DNA of 64,000 bases from an uncultured virus (IMG/VR IMGVR_UViG_3300023371_004674). Lineage: Duplodnaviria; Heunggongvirae; Uroviricota; Caudoviricetes. The notes under the pieces are model-generated. The model saw only the letters and a list, made by a program, of their open reading frames with translations. It was not told where the DNA came from and searched no databases. Shown here piece after piece: positions 52,147-61,167 of this stretch. Made by a program: the position numbers and the translations under genes. Numbering within the stretch: the first letter of the stretch is position 1; each line of letters begins with the position of its first letter. Where the stretch lies: the IMG/VR virus record IMGVR_UViG_3300023371_004674; one strand, given 5' to 3'.

Positions 52147-55100
52147 CCTTTCTTGAACTTTTTGATTTTCCACTTGGTCTGACCTACTCCTTCGCATTCA
52201 AACCAATGGATCTCTGCATTCTTTTCTGTACCGTCAGACAATTTAATCTTGCCGTTTCCGGTCGAATGCGTCCAATCTTCAGGCTTACCACCGTAGGTAT
52301 GAGCGAACTTATCAGCAAGGTCGAGCGGTTTCTTACCGCCCTTACCCGCAAAGACCTCGACATCTGTAATGTCTCCAGCCATAATCTTGGCTGAACCCTT
52401 GCTTCCGAGTCTGGCTTTTGTTTCGTCGGTGACTTTCATTGTGCCGTTGACGGTTTCAAACTGTGTCACCTTCGTTTTCTTTACGCCTTCCTGAGCAGGC
52501 TCATCTTCTTTGCCTTTATGCTCGCCCCATTTCATACCGGGAACGCCATAGTCTTCATTGGTGGTTTCCTTTGACTTTATTATATCCGAAAATGCGGATT
52601 TGTCAATAGGATTTTCAGAAATAAACGGAATTGTTGATGAATTATTTTCATCAGCGGAGTCATTCTTGTTCTCGCTTCTTGTATAAATCAGCCCGTACTC
52701 GTGAGCGTGGAGCTGCATATACATATCAGCTTCTCGAATCAAGTCATCTTTGGAAAGCGTTCCGTCTTTGTGCTTCTTTTCAAGCAGGTCGATATGAGAT
52801 GCGAGAGACTTGATCTGATAGTCGTCGCAATCCTTGGTTCTAACCAGCGAATACATCTCCGTTTTAGAGGTCATATACATCGCCTGTTCGCCTCTCGTGG
52901 CAAACGTCCTGATGTCAGAACCCGAAAACGAGCTTGCTTCGTGTCCGGGGTGGTTATGGAGCGTTGCGAAAGCCTTCTGTTCTCCGAGCGATACGCTCTC
53001 CTCATCACCTTCGTTTCTTGCTATCTCGCTTCCACTTTCGTCATAGGCAACGAGGATCTCTACATCCGAGTTTTTGATCTCTGCTATGTCTGCCAAAGCC
53101 CTTCTTTTGGATGACGAATCATCGACCGCTCCCTTGGCGACTTCGACCTTTTGAGCTGTAACCGCCTCGAAATGCTTGTCGATATGCTCATCGAGCGTAC
53201 CTTCGGATATTGCCTTGTTCACGTCACGAAAACTCATACCAGCTTCCGAGAAAAGGAACTCTGCCTTTTGGTCTTCGGACATTCCGTGAGCGTGTTCACG
53301 AACCGAAGCAGATATTGACGGAGCAGAGCCTCCTATTTGACCGGGGACTCCCTCGTGTCCGTGGTTTCCGCTTCCGGGACCGCCATCAGATTTCTCCGTG
53401 TGGTCGTCTCCTTTGAAGCGGAGCATATAAGCACCAAGATCTTCAACCCAATGCCACTCCATATCGTCATCTTTGCTGTCCGTTCTGAACAGAACCGCAT
53501 CGAGCAGTTTAAGACCGTCTGCAAAAGGCTGGAACAAAGCGTGTTCCATTTCCTTGATCTGTTCGAGATCGAGGAAGCGGATCTGCGTCATTTCGAGGTC
53601 TATGGACTTGGGTTCACCCTCAAATTCAGTGCAGAGGAAGATAACGGGCGTGATACCCGTGTCTGGTTCCTTCGGTCCGTAACCGAGCTGTACCATTTTC
53701 GTAGGGGTGATGCCGAACTCCTCGTATGCCTCACGCTTGGCGGCTTCTTCGGGAGTTTCTCCCTCCTCGATGTGACCGCCGGGACCGCAGAGCAAGCCGT
53801 AGCCAAAATCATTGTGCCGAGTGCCGCAGAGGATTTTGCCCTCCTTAGCCACAATAACGCCCACACCGCCCCTTTGAGGCTTGGGTGTGGTATCTTGTGA
53901 GTCGGCGTTGTTCTCGCCCTCTCGCTCTTTTTGTGCTTTTTCCTCATCGGTCATATCTTGGGGGAGCTTGGTAGCGGCAGGAGCCGTGTCGGACGAATTG
54001 CCTTCTTCTGTGAGAGGGTTCTCCGTACCGCTTTCTTCTCCTTCAGGAGCATTTGCTTCGGCTTCCTGTTCAAGCCTCTCCTCGATTGCCGCCATCAGCT
54101 CTTCCTCGTCGTACTGATCGAGAATGTTCTCAACATCGAACTGCTCATCACGAGCAAGACCGTTGCGGACTTCGGAAGGATCGAGAGCGCCCATATCCAC
54201 GTAGGTCTTGGCGGTTGCCGCATTCGTGGACTTGATGGTTGCTTTCTGCTGTTCAAGCTGAACCTGCTCGGACTCACTCATAGACCAAAGCGGGTTGAAC
54301 TTAACCTTAATGGGCGGAACTTCTGCAAGCTCTCCCGTTGCCACGCCAGCCTGAGCTATGATGGAGAACAGGTAGCGGAGGTTCTTCTTTACCATTCTAC
54401 GCTGAATACGCTCAACGTAGTTGTACCAGTTCTCCATAGACGTATCGTCCGTGGTGGAAAGACCGCCCGCTCCCGCACCGAACAAGATCGTTTGCGGAAT
54501 AGAAGAAATCGCTGACAGGAACGCACAGCTCTTGTCGATGATCTCTGACACGCCTGAGAATTGGAACTGCTTGAAATCGTAATCCTCGCCCTCGCTGTCA
54601 ATCGTGATGCTGTTGAGAAGCCCTCTCGCCATATCAATCACTTCAAGACGTTTGAGAACTGCGTCCTCACCGTCCGATGTCGAAAGAATGTCGGCGAGGT
54701 TCTTCATCTTGTAGATTGCCTGAACGGAGCGGTCGAGCATTTTCGGTCCGCTACCGTATGCCAACTCTGCATCACGGATTGCACGTTTGAGTCTTACGTA
54801 TTCGGGCATACCCCAGAACTGATACACGGAATTCGTGCATTTCTCAGGGAGAATGCCGTTCTGAAAGACCAGACATCTGCTTTCGTGTACGGTGAAGTTA
54901 CCGTACTTACTGAAAACAGAATAATATTCAGGCATACCAAGGCGACTGCCTCGTGTCCTGAATGGATCTTCGGGGTTGTAGGAGAACATACTGCTGTAAT
55001 CGGGCTGAATCAACGAACGGTCATAGATGCGGATGTCATCAATCGACTGAATGTTCTTCCAGTCGAGCGGTTCATCCACGCCTCTACCGTCATTTATCAT

Positions 55101-55556
55101 CATAACAGCAATAGCACCTCCGAAGAGGCGTCCCCATTTGAGAGATGTCATAAACATCTCATCGCCATCAAGCTCGTCGTATGCCTCACGGAAGAACGAC
55201 TGAATGTCGGGATCGGAGATCCCTTCGAGTTCGAAGCCGTGTTTGATGGCTTCTTCCGCAGGGCTGTCGATGATTTTTGAGAACAGACCGTTGCCCTCAT
55301 AAAACATCGAAAGAACCGTGTCATCCACGGCGGGTTCGGGTTGGAAGCGGTAGTGCTCGCTCGTATCCTTCGATGTGCCGTACCTATTCAAGACATTTAC
55401 ATATCCGTCTTCACGGAACTCTGCGTTCTGGGGAAGCGGACTGTTCGCTCTATACGGGCGTACCGCTCTGCCTGTCTGCTTTTGAATGATACGAGCGTAC
55501 CGCTCGATACTGTCAAGCCTTGCCGCCTTGTTTTCGTTTGTACTCAATTCATTCAC
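52143..55556 (-). CDS. Portal protein (DUF1073-like) fused to NUDIX, JAB/MPN-like and C-terminal toxin-like domains
   Basis: Follows TerL; GRLFGGA, VHESR, IPQTILFG and FNPLW portal motifs; Nudix box GGHIEEGETPEEAAKREAYEEFG; HNHP..FSGSD; AEIHWFE.EGVG. Confidence 0.9.
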   Translation of the reverse strand: MNELSTNENKAARLDSIERYARIIQKQTGRAVRPYRANSPLPQNAEFREDGYVNVLNRYGTSKDTSEHYRFQPEPAVDDTVLSMFYEGNGLFSKIIDSPAEEAIKHGFELEGISDPDIQSFFREAYDELDGDEMFMTSLKWGRLFGGAIAVMMINDGRGVDEPLDWKNIQSIDDIRIYDRSLIQPDYSSMFSYNPEDPFRTRGSRLGMPEYYSVFSKYGNFTVHESRCLVFQNGILPEKCTNSVYQFWGMPEYVRLKRAIRDAELAYGSGPKMLDRSVQAIYKMKNLADILSTSDGEDAVLKRLEVIDMARGLLNSITIDSEGEDYDFKQFQFSGVSEIIDKSCAFLSAISSIPQTILFGAGAGGLSTTDDTSMENWYNYVERIQRRMVKKNLRYLFSIIAQAGVATGELAEVPPIKVKFNPLWSMSESEQVQLEQQKATIKSTNAATAKTYVDMGALDPSEVRNGLARDEQFDVENILDQYDEEELMAAIEERLEQEAEANAPEGEESGTENPLTEEGNSSDTAPAATKLPQDMTDEEKAQKEREGENNADSQDTTPKPQRGGVGVIVAKEGKILCGTRHNDFGYGLLCGPGGHIEEGETPEEAAKREAYEEFGITPTKMVQLGYGPKEPDTGITPVIFLCTEFEGEPKSIDLEMTQIRFLDLEQIKEMEHALFQPFADGLKLLDAVLFRTDSKDDDMEWHWVEDLGAYMLRFKGDDHTEKSDGGPGSGNHGHEGVPGQIGGSAPSISASVREHAHGMSEDQKAEFLFSEAGMSFRDVNKAISEGTLDEHIDKHFEAVTAQKVEVAKGAVDDSSSKRRALADIAEIKNSDVEILVAYDESGSEIARNEGDEESVSLGEQKAFATLHNHPGHEASSFSGSDIRTFATRGEQAMYMTSKTEMYSLVRTKDCDDYQIKSLASHIDLLEKKHKDGTLSKDDLIREADMYMQLHAHEYGLIYTRSENKNDSADENNSSTIPFISENPIDKSAFSDIIKSKETTNEDYGVPGMKWGEHKGKEDEPAQEGVKKTKVTQFETVNGTMKVTDETKARLGSKGSAKIMAGDITDVEVFAGKGGKKPLDLADKFAHTYGGKPEDWTHSTGNGKIKLSDGTEKNAEIHWFECEGVGQTKWKIKKFKKG
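52579..52606 (-). promoter_or_regulatory. Promoter inside the portal ORF
   Basis: CTATTGACA-16-TATAAT-AAAGT, same family as the early promoters; translated as IDKSAFSDIIK. Confidence 0.7.
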
Positions 55557-55572
55557 CTCTTTCCAATTCCAA

Positions 55573-56978
55573 TCAAATCAAGTTTCTGGGATTGAATGTA
55601 TTCTTGGTTTCAAGCTCGGCAAATGCGTTTGCGGCGGCATCGACCATATCCTTGAATTTACCATCAGGGAAATTTTCCAACTGGTGCAGGAACGGTTCGT
55701 TCCAATCACCATAGACAATATCAAAATTGCCTACTTGCCATTGAGCCGCCATCGGCTCGGCTCTTGCTTCCTTGCTTCCTGTCTCGGCTACCGTTACCAC
55801 GTTAAAGCCAGCGAGGAACTTGACATAGGATTCTGCCTGCTCCTTACCCGCTTGACCGGGATCCTTCGGAAGCCTTACTTTCACTCTTTGGTAACGGGCT
55901 TTGTCAGCCTGTGCCGTGAGCTTTATGGTTTGGCGGACATCCGATGCGGACATCTGCTTATTGATAACATCAGCAACTACATATCGACCATTCTTTCTCT
56001 TACCCATCAGGACGCCTGCGGTGAATGCAGGATCGCCTGAATCGACGGTCTTTTCTGTTGCCGCCAAGTCCCAGCATCGCACCCATTCGATAACATCGAG
56101 AGGGACGGATTGCAGAATGTCGCCGACCTGTGTTCTCTTGAAGAACAGACCAGCCGCCGCCTTGATCTTCCAGTTACCGTGTAGCAGTCGCTCACGCTCG
56201 ATCTGCGAGAGGGCTTTCAGGTTGGCGAGATACTGAGGGTTGACCTTCAGGAGCTCTTGGTTATCTTGGAGCTTCGACATTATAAAAGTGACCGAGCGGG
56301 GCTCGGCTCTTTCTTCGTCTGTCACAAGGTTGAACCTCTCCCAAAGCTCTTGCTTGGTGTTCGCCCAATGTAAGATCTCGTCACGTCTGATGAACCAGCG
56401 TATCTTGCCGCTTCGTTCTGGGATAGGATAGCCTGTTTCTTGGTCTATCCACCATTCGATGAACTTTGCCACCCAACTGTCTGCGTCAGGGTTACAGGTC
56501 GCTCGAACAAACGGAGTAACACCACAGGTGGAACGGTTACGAGATAGCATATAAAAAAAGACCTTCTCCGAAAAGTGCGTCAACTCATCGAAGCCGATCT
56601 CACAAATCTGTGAACCCTGCCACTTGTTCAATTCATCTTCTCGCTCGATGTGGGCGAACTTTACAGAGGAAATCGTTCTGCCTTTCTCATCCGTAAATTT
56701 CCATCGACCGAGGGAAAGCTGGGGCTGAGCCCCTTTTATACCGGCATAGATCTTTGACGATTCATCCCAAAGACCGCCTTGCGAGAATATCTGGTTGAAA
56801 TTCCTACGGAAAATCGTACAGCCAAAGCCCTTGACGTTTTTATAGCGGAGAGGGGATAACAGGAGTCCGTATGACTTACCGCCTCCCGCCGCTCCTCCGT
56901 AAATGCAAATCTGAGCAGGTGTTGCCACTACATAAACTGCTCTTGCGGTCCCTTTTGGGGTTTAAGAACAGTTGCCAT
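55573..56978 (-). CDS. terL: Terminase large subunit (first 16 codons separated by a 5-nt insertion; main ORF 55573..56928)
   Basis: Walker A GGAAGGGKS, Walker B IGFDELTHF, ATCNP, nuclease WDLA and DMVDA. Confidence 0.92.
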
Positions 56979-56991
56979 AGCACATCACCTC

Positions 56992-57657
56992 CTATTCGTC
57001 ACCGTCAGGAGTTTCTTCCGTATCGCCCTCGGCGGTTGTGGATTTTTCAGGCTGCTCTTGGCAACTTTCTTCGCTTGCGATTTGAGGCATATAGATCACA
57101 ACATCATCGTGATTGTCCTCGTCATCGAGTGCGATTGAGATGTCAGCGGTTGGAGCTCCACGCCCAAGTGCCGCAATCTTCGCTTCAAGCTCCAGCTCTC
57201 TGCGACGGTCGGATGCAAGGCTCTCTCTTTCCTTGCGTTCCTCTTCAGGATCGTAGCCTGCAATTTTGAGCAGTGCGAAATAGGTATCCAAGTCAGCCTT
57301 TTGCATTGCCGCTGTAAGCATTCTTGCGTGGAGAGCCATCATATTGGTACACTCATCATCAGGAAGACCGAGCTCTCGGAGATTATCTTTCAGTTTGCCT
57401 TTGGCGGCGAGCTGGAGAAGATACCTTGCGGCATCACGAGCATCTCTCTGTCGCTGAGCTTTCTCTCTGCGAACCTCTCCCGATTTGACTCCGCCCTTGC
57501 TTCCTTTTGCCTTGGCGGTCTCGGTATCGGTGATCGTGTTCTCCCTGAATTCCTTACTTCGTTTGTGCCGTTTTTTCGGTACAACTTCCGAGGTCTCCGA
57601 AACATCTGCTTCGTTTCCGCTTTGTAAGCCCAAATTTTCGGTATTCTGTTCGCTCAA
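56992..57657 (-). CDS. Terminase small subunit (probable)
   Basis: Immediately upstream of terL; KGGVKSGEVRR motif. Confidence 0.65.
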   Translation of the reverse strand: MSEQNTENLGLQSGNEADVSETSEVVPKKRHKRSKEFRENTITDTETAKAKGSKGGVKSGEVRREKAQRQRDARDAARYLLQLAAKGKLKDNLRELGLPDDECTNMMALHARMLTAAMQKADLDTYFALLKIAGYDPEEERKERESLASDRRRELELEAKIAALGRGAPTADISIALDDEDNHDDVVIYMPQIASEESCQEQPEKSTTAEGDTEETPDGDE

Positions 57658-57720
57658 TTTTAAGCCCTCCTTTCTGCAAGCAAAAACAGCCCTTTCACAG
57701 AAGCGAAATAAGGCTGTTTT

Positions 57721-57820
57721 TAGGCTTTTATTTTCAATGTGGGTGTTTGGTGGTGGAAGCCGAGAAAACCGCTTCCTGAGAGTTTTGCGAGGTTATGCAG
57801 GGTGATAAACGGTGTTTGAT
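57721..57820. repeat. Dispersed intergenic element, copy D
   Basis: Aligns with copies A and B (see findings). Confidence 0.6.
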
Positions 57821-57822
57821 GC

Positions 57823-58050
57823 CTACGCATACAATTTACACACCGTTTGCACCGCCTTTTCGACCGCCTCGCTGGTGTTGACTCCGATTTGACGGTAGAA
57901 ATCAGGATAGAGCATACACTCATATCCACGTTTCATCGTGTCGGAGTCTTCCTTACTGATCCCAAGACGGAATCCTTTGGCGATACGGAGGGCAGATTTG
58001 AAATCACCCTCCGCTACCATTCTTCTTACGGTGTCACTCTTGCGTTCCAT
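57823..58050 (-). CDS. Hypothetical protein
   Basis: GGAGG RBS; ALRIAK.FRLG..YPDFYRQIG. Confidence 0.6.
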   Translation of the reverse strand: MERKSDTVRRMVAEGDFKSALRIAKGFRLGISKEDSDTMKRGYECMLYPDFYRQIGVNTSEAVEKAVQTVCKLYA

Positions 58051-58984
58051 ATTTCTCCTCCGGTCTGCGTTTACCGTCGTCATAAGGCAAGCGGTAATGC
58101 TTCGGATTGTGTTTCAGGAGGCAAGCGTTGATGTCTCTGTTCCAAGTGCAATCATCAAACAGGTTCTCTTCGAGCGGTGTGAGGAGTCGTTGGTCGTTCT
58201 CGATTGCGTGAACCGCATCTCTGCCGAGCGTGTACTTGCCACGGTAGGTATGCCAGTTGTACGCCCAATCAGGAAAGAAGCCCTTGATCTTCGTACACTC
58301 GTCGAGCGGTTTGATAATCGGGATGTCTTCGGGATTGAGCAGGAAATCGAAGTCCATCTTCTCCCAGCCGAGCGTTCTCTCAATGGGATCTTTGCAGGTC
58401 CACATCAAGCAGATCGCTTTTGCGGCGAATACCGTTTCCGTAGAGGGAGTCGATACTCGGTCATTGGAGATTTGCAATGCCGCAAATTCCGATTCGAGAT
58501 GCTGGTAATACATTCTCGCCATATCGTTCAAGAGCTGCCACAGATATTTGCGGTTCTTCTTGAACAGAGCCATAGCGAAATGTCCCGCTTTCACGACATC
58601 TTTCTGTCGGATAGCGGTGAACAGATGCTTTCCCAATTCCTGTTTGTCTCCGTCGATAGGGACATCGTTGTACATCAGGTTGCAGACGAAGTAATCCGCA
58701 TCCCTGTTCTTTTTCGCCAAGCAGATAAGGGCGAGGGCTTTTTCCATAGCGTCCTCAGTTCCAATATCACACAAGGCGAGGATTTCTTTTGTTATCACCC
58801 CGAAGCAGTCTTCAGCGGAAATAACAAGGAGCCGCTTCCGCAAGTATCCGAGATACTCCGGCAACAGCTCCCAAACGCAGTAACCTGCTAATTCGTAATC
58901 TCCTTTTCGGATGGCGTTCTGCATTGCAGAAGTCACCTCCCAAAAATTTCTTCCCGTTCTCGTAGGTTTCATTTCGTAAGCCAT
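58034..58984 (-). CDS. Protein resembling the RarA/MgsA C-terminal helical region (no ATPase domain)
   Basis: SAMQNAIRKGD..LRKRLLVISAEDC, repeated helical unit, AYNWHT.RG; start MAYEM overlaps the HNH stop. Confidence 0.55.
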   Translation of the reverse strand: MAYEMKPTRTGRNFWEVTSAMQNAIRKGDYELAGYCVWELLPEYLGYLRKRLLVISAEDCFGVITKEILALCDIGTEDAMEKALALICLAKKNRDADYFVCNLMYNDVPIDGDKQELGKHLFTAIRQKDVVKAGHFAMALFKKNRKYLWQLLNDMARMYYQHLESEFAALQISNDRVSTPSTETVFAAKAICLMWTCKDPIERTLGWEKMDFDFLLNPEDIPIIKPLDECTKIKGFFPDWAYNWHTYRGKYTLGRDAVHAIENDQRLLTPLEENLFDDCTWNRDINACLLKHNPKHYRLPYDDGKRRPEEKYGTQE

Positions 58985-59532
58985 TAAACCACCGCCTTTC
59001 TCCAAGTGTAACCACCGGCACTTTTTCTTTCTCCGTTGAGGCATCTGACAATGTGCGAACCATACGTTTTGCACCGTCTCGCTGCTTCGTTAATAGATTC
59101 AAACTCAACCTCTTCGTTCGTTTCGACATTTGTTCCGATAACAGGAATTTTCATTTTGTCTATCCGACCGATGTGTTCTTTGATTGCCGGTTCGTACAAT
59201 CCATTTTGCATAGCGTGTGCTACATTCGCTTGCCTTGTGGACCATTCGAGATTGCTTGCTTCATTGTTTCTCTTGTTTCCATCACGATGGTTTACTTCGG
59301 GAAGGTTCAAGGGGTTAGGCACGAACGCCTCCGCAACCAAACGATGAACCTTTGCAGTTTTTTTCATCGGCTTGTTGTAGAGGTGTACCATTAAATACCC
59401 TTTTTCGTTCGGATGAGGCGTAAGCCGTTTTCCTTTGTGACCGCCGGGAGAATCGTAGGATTCTACATTCCCTTTGTCGCTCACTCGGTATCGACCTTCC
59501 CATCCGGTGATGTCTTTCCATTTCTCTTCCAT
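58984..59532 (-). CDS. NUMOD4-HNH homing endonuclease
   Basis: WKDI.GWEGRYRVS (NUMOD4), VHRLVAEAF, VNHRDGNKRNN..NLEW, and NUMOD1-like F.SI.EAAR..AGGYTW. Confidence 0.92.
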   Translation of the reverse strand: MEEKWKDITGWEGRYRVSDKGNVESYDSPGGHKGKRLTPHPNEKGYLMVHLYNKPMKKTAKVHRLVAEAFVPNPLNLPEVNHRDGNKRNNEASNLEWSTRQANVAHAMQNGLYEPAIKEHIGRIDKMKIPVIGTNVETNEEVEFESINEAARRCKTYGSHIVRCLNGERKSAGGYTWRKAVV

Positions 59533-59580
59533 TTTACCGCCCTTTCTTGTATATAGTAGCCAAACCTTGGGTTGATTTGG

Positions 59581-59650
59581 CTTTACTTTATTATACAATA
59601 TTGCGGCGTAAAGTCAATAGATTTGCGGATATTTTTGAAATATTTTTTCG
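59581..59650 (-). promoter_or_regulatory. Repeated promoter, copy 6 (drives the HNH gene)
   Basis: TTGACT (59617-59612)-16-TATAAT (59595-59590)-AAAGTAAAG. Confidence 0.8.
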
Positions 59651-59653
59651 TAA

Positions 59654-60376
59654 TCAACGCTTTACGTTGATGTGAGGCACATTCGTCTTCAAATTGTAAG
59701 AGAAGTATTTGCCCCACTTGGCTTTCATCAGGTTGATGCTGGCAATCTGGTCGCCACGCTTCTTTCCTGAAGCTCCGCCCTCGTTCGTGTCGGTCAAGCC
59801 TTTCGAACAGAAGTATTTCGGTTTGAGAATGATTCTGTTGTAGATCAGCTCCTGAAGCACGAGGTCGAGGTCGTAGTTGTATTCGAGCTCCTTGACGCAC
59901 TTCGCTTTGAATGTCTGGCGGTTTACCCAACGGACTGCTCCTGCACATCCTTTGAATGCGAACTCACAATCGTAGTTCCACGGACGGATGGTTGCATCGG
60001 TAGCACCGAATCCTATGCCGAGGTCGGACATAAGCTGTCCTACTCTTTCAAGCTCGCTCGTGATGAGTTCGGGATCCGTAATGGAAACCGTCTCGAACAT
60101 TCTATAATAGAAATGGTGGATGTCATCGTCGAGAATGGCGATAACATCTTCGGGAGCGTTGTCGATGAGCCATTGGTTTACCTCTGTCAATCCGCAGATG
60201 AGGTGGTCGGGTACGCCCTGAACCTTGATGTGCTCGAATTCTTTGAGAGCCTCACAGTATTCGTCGTATTCGCTCTCACGGACGATGTACGTTCCGTATT
60301 CGAGGAAATGATGAGCGTAGCAGGTTCCGGCTCTCTTGTAACTGGGTATATAGATACCAAACGTGGGTTCACTCAT
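59654..60376 (-). CDS. GREB1/TET-associated (TAGT)-like GT-A glycosyltransferase
   Basis: IYIPSYKRA, Y.VRESE..EY, ILDDDI, DLD..LQ, N.GG and KWGKY motifs. Confidence 0.75.
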   Translation of the reverse strand: MSEPTFGIYIPSYKRAGTCYAHHFLEYGTYIVRESEYDEYCEALKEFEHIKVQGVPDHLICGLTEVNQWLIDNAPEDVIAILDDDIHHFYYRMFETVSITDPELITSELERVGQLMSDLGIGFGATDATIRPWNYDCEFAFKGCAGAVRWVNRQTFKAKCVKELEYNYDLDLVLQELIYNRIILKPKYFCSKGLTDTNEGGASGKKRGDQIASINLMKAKWGKYFSYNLKTNVPHINVKR

Positions 60377-61167
60377 TTGGTTTCCTCCTTCCTGTCGTAT
60401 GCGTTTCGTTTCCATTCTTGCGGAAGAACGAAACCGCAGTTCATAACGTAGTCGATGACGCACATATTGATAGCCGACCGTTTGCCTACCTGCGGATAGA
60501 CAACCGGTTCGTAATCTGAATAAATGAGGTCAATGCCGTGTGCTCGGTAGTCTTCCTCGATATGATAATCCTTGGCGGCAACTCCGCTGTAATATGCGGT
60601 TGCTCCGAGGTATTCGCACATTTCTATAATGCGAGGATCTCTGCGTTTTGTCAAAGGCAGGTCGGACGAGGTAAGAAACAATACTCTGTCATTCAACCCG
60701 AACCTGTCGCAAAAGGCAAGGATGCAAGTCTTGTTGAAGAAAGCAAGATCGCCTGCTTTGGTAGCTGTGCGGAGAAGCGACTCGATGAACGGGTATGCTT
60801 CCTCGTAGTGAGCCGCCTTGCTGTATTCCTGACGGAGCGTTTTCAGCATTTTCTCTACAACGAATTCGTCGGCGGCAAGCTCCAACTCATTCAGGTTGAC
60901 AGGGTGATAATGGATCGGGAGCGTGAACTTCATCGGTCCGTTGCCTGTCAATATCTGATTGTAGTTGTGTCTGCCGCTTTTACTGTATTGCACGTTATCC
61001 GAGAACACGAAAACGTCGCTTTGGAAAATCTTATAGAAATATCCCATCCAAGGGAAGAAATCGGGCTGATGCGATGCGAGTATGAGCTTGCCGCCGTTGT
61101 CCTTTTTGATGCTCTGTTCGAGAGCTTCTTTCAGGGTGAGTTCTTTTTGAACGGTTTCGGTCATCAT
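60373..61167 (-). CDS. WbqC-like protein (putative glycyl/acyl transferase)
   Basis: HQPDFFPWMGYFYKI..SDVFVF.DNVQY, Y.KA..Y and Y.SG..AKDY motifs. Confidence 0.88.
   Translation of the reverse strand: MMTETVQKELTLKEALEQSIKKDNGGKLILASHQPDFFPWMGYFYKIFQSDVFVFSDNVQYSKSGRHNYNQILTGNGPMKFTLPIHYHPVNLNELELAADEFVVEKMLKTLRQEYSKAAHYEEAYPFIESLLRTATKAGDLAFFNKTCILAFCDRFGLNDRVLFLTSSDLPLTKRRDPRIIEMCEYLGATAYYSGVAAKDYHIEEDYRAHGIDLIYSDYEPVVYPQVGKRSAINMCVIDYVMNCGFVLPQEWKRNAYDRKEETK

Noticed and set aside
5852..58891. Long plus-strand ORFs (e.g. 5852..7072, 8253..9368, 43403..44407, 46600..47685, 50651..51793, 57938..58891)
   Set aside because: They are antisense shadows of well-supported minus-strand genes, with no recognisable motifs.
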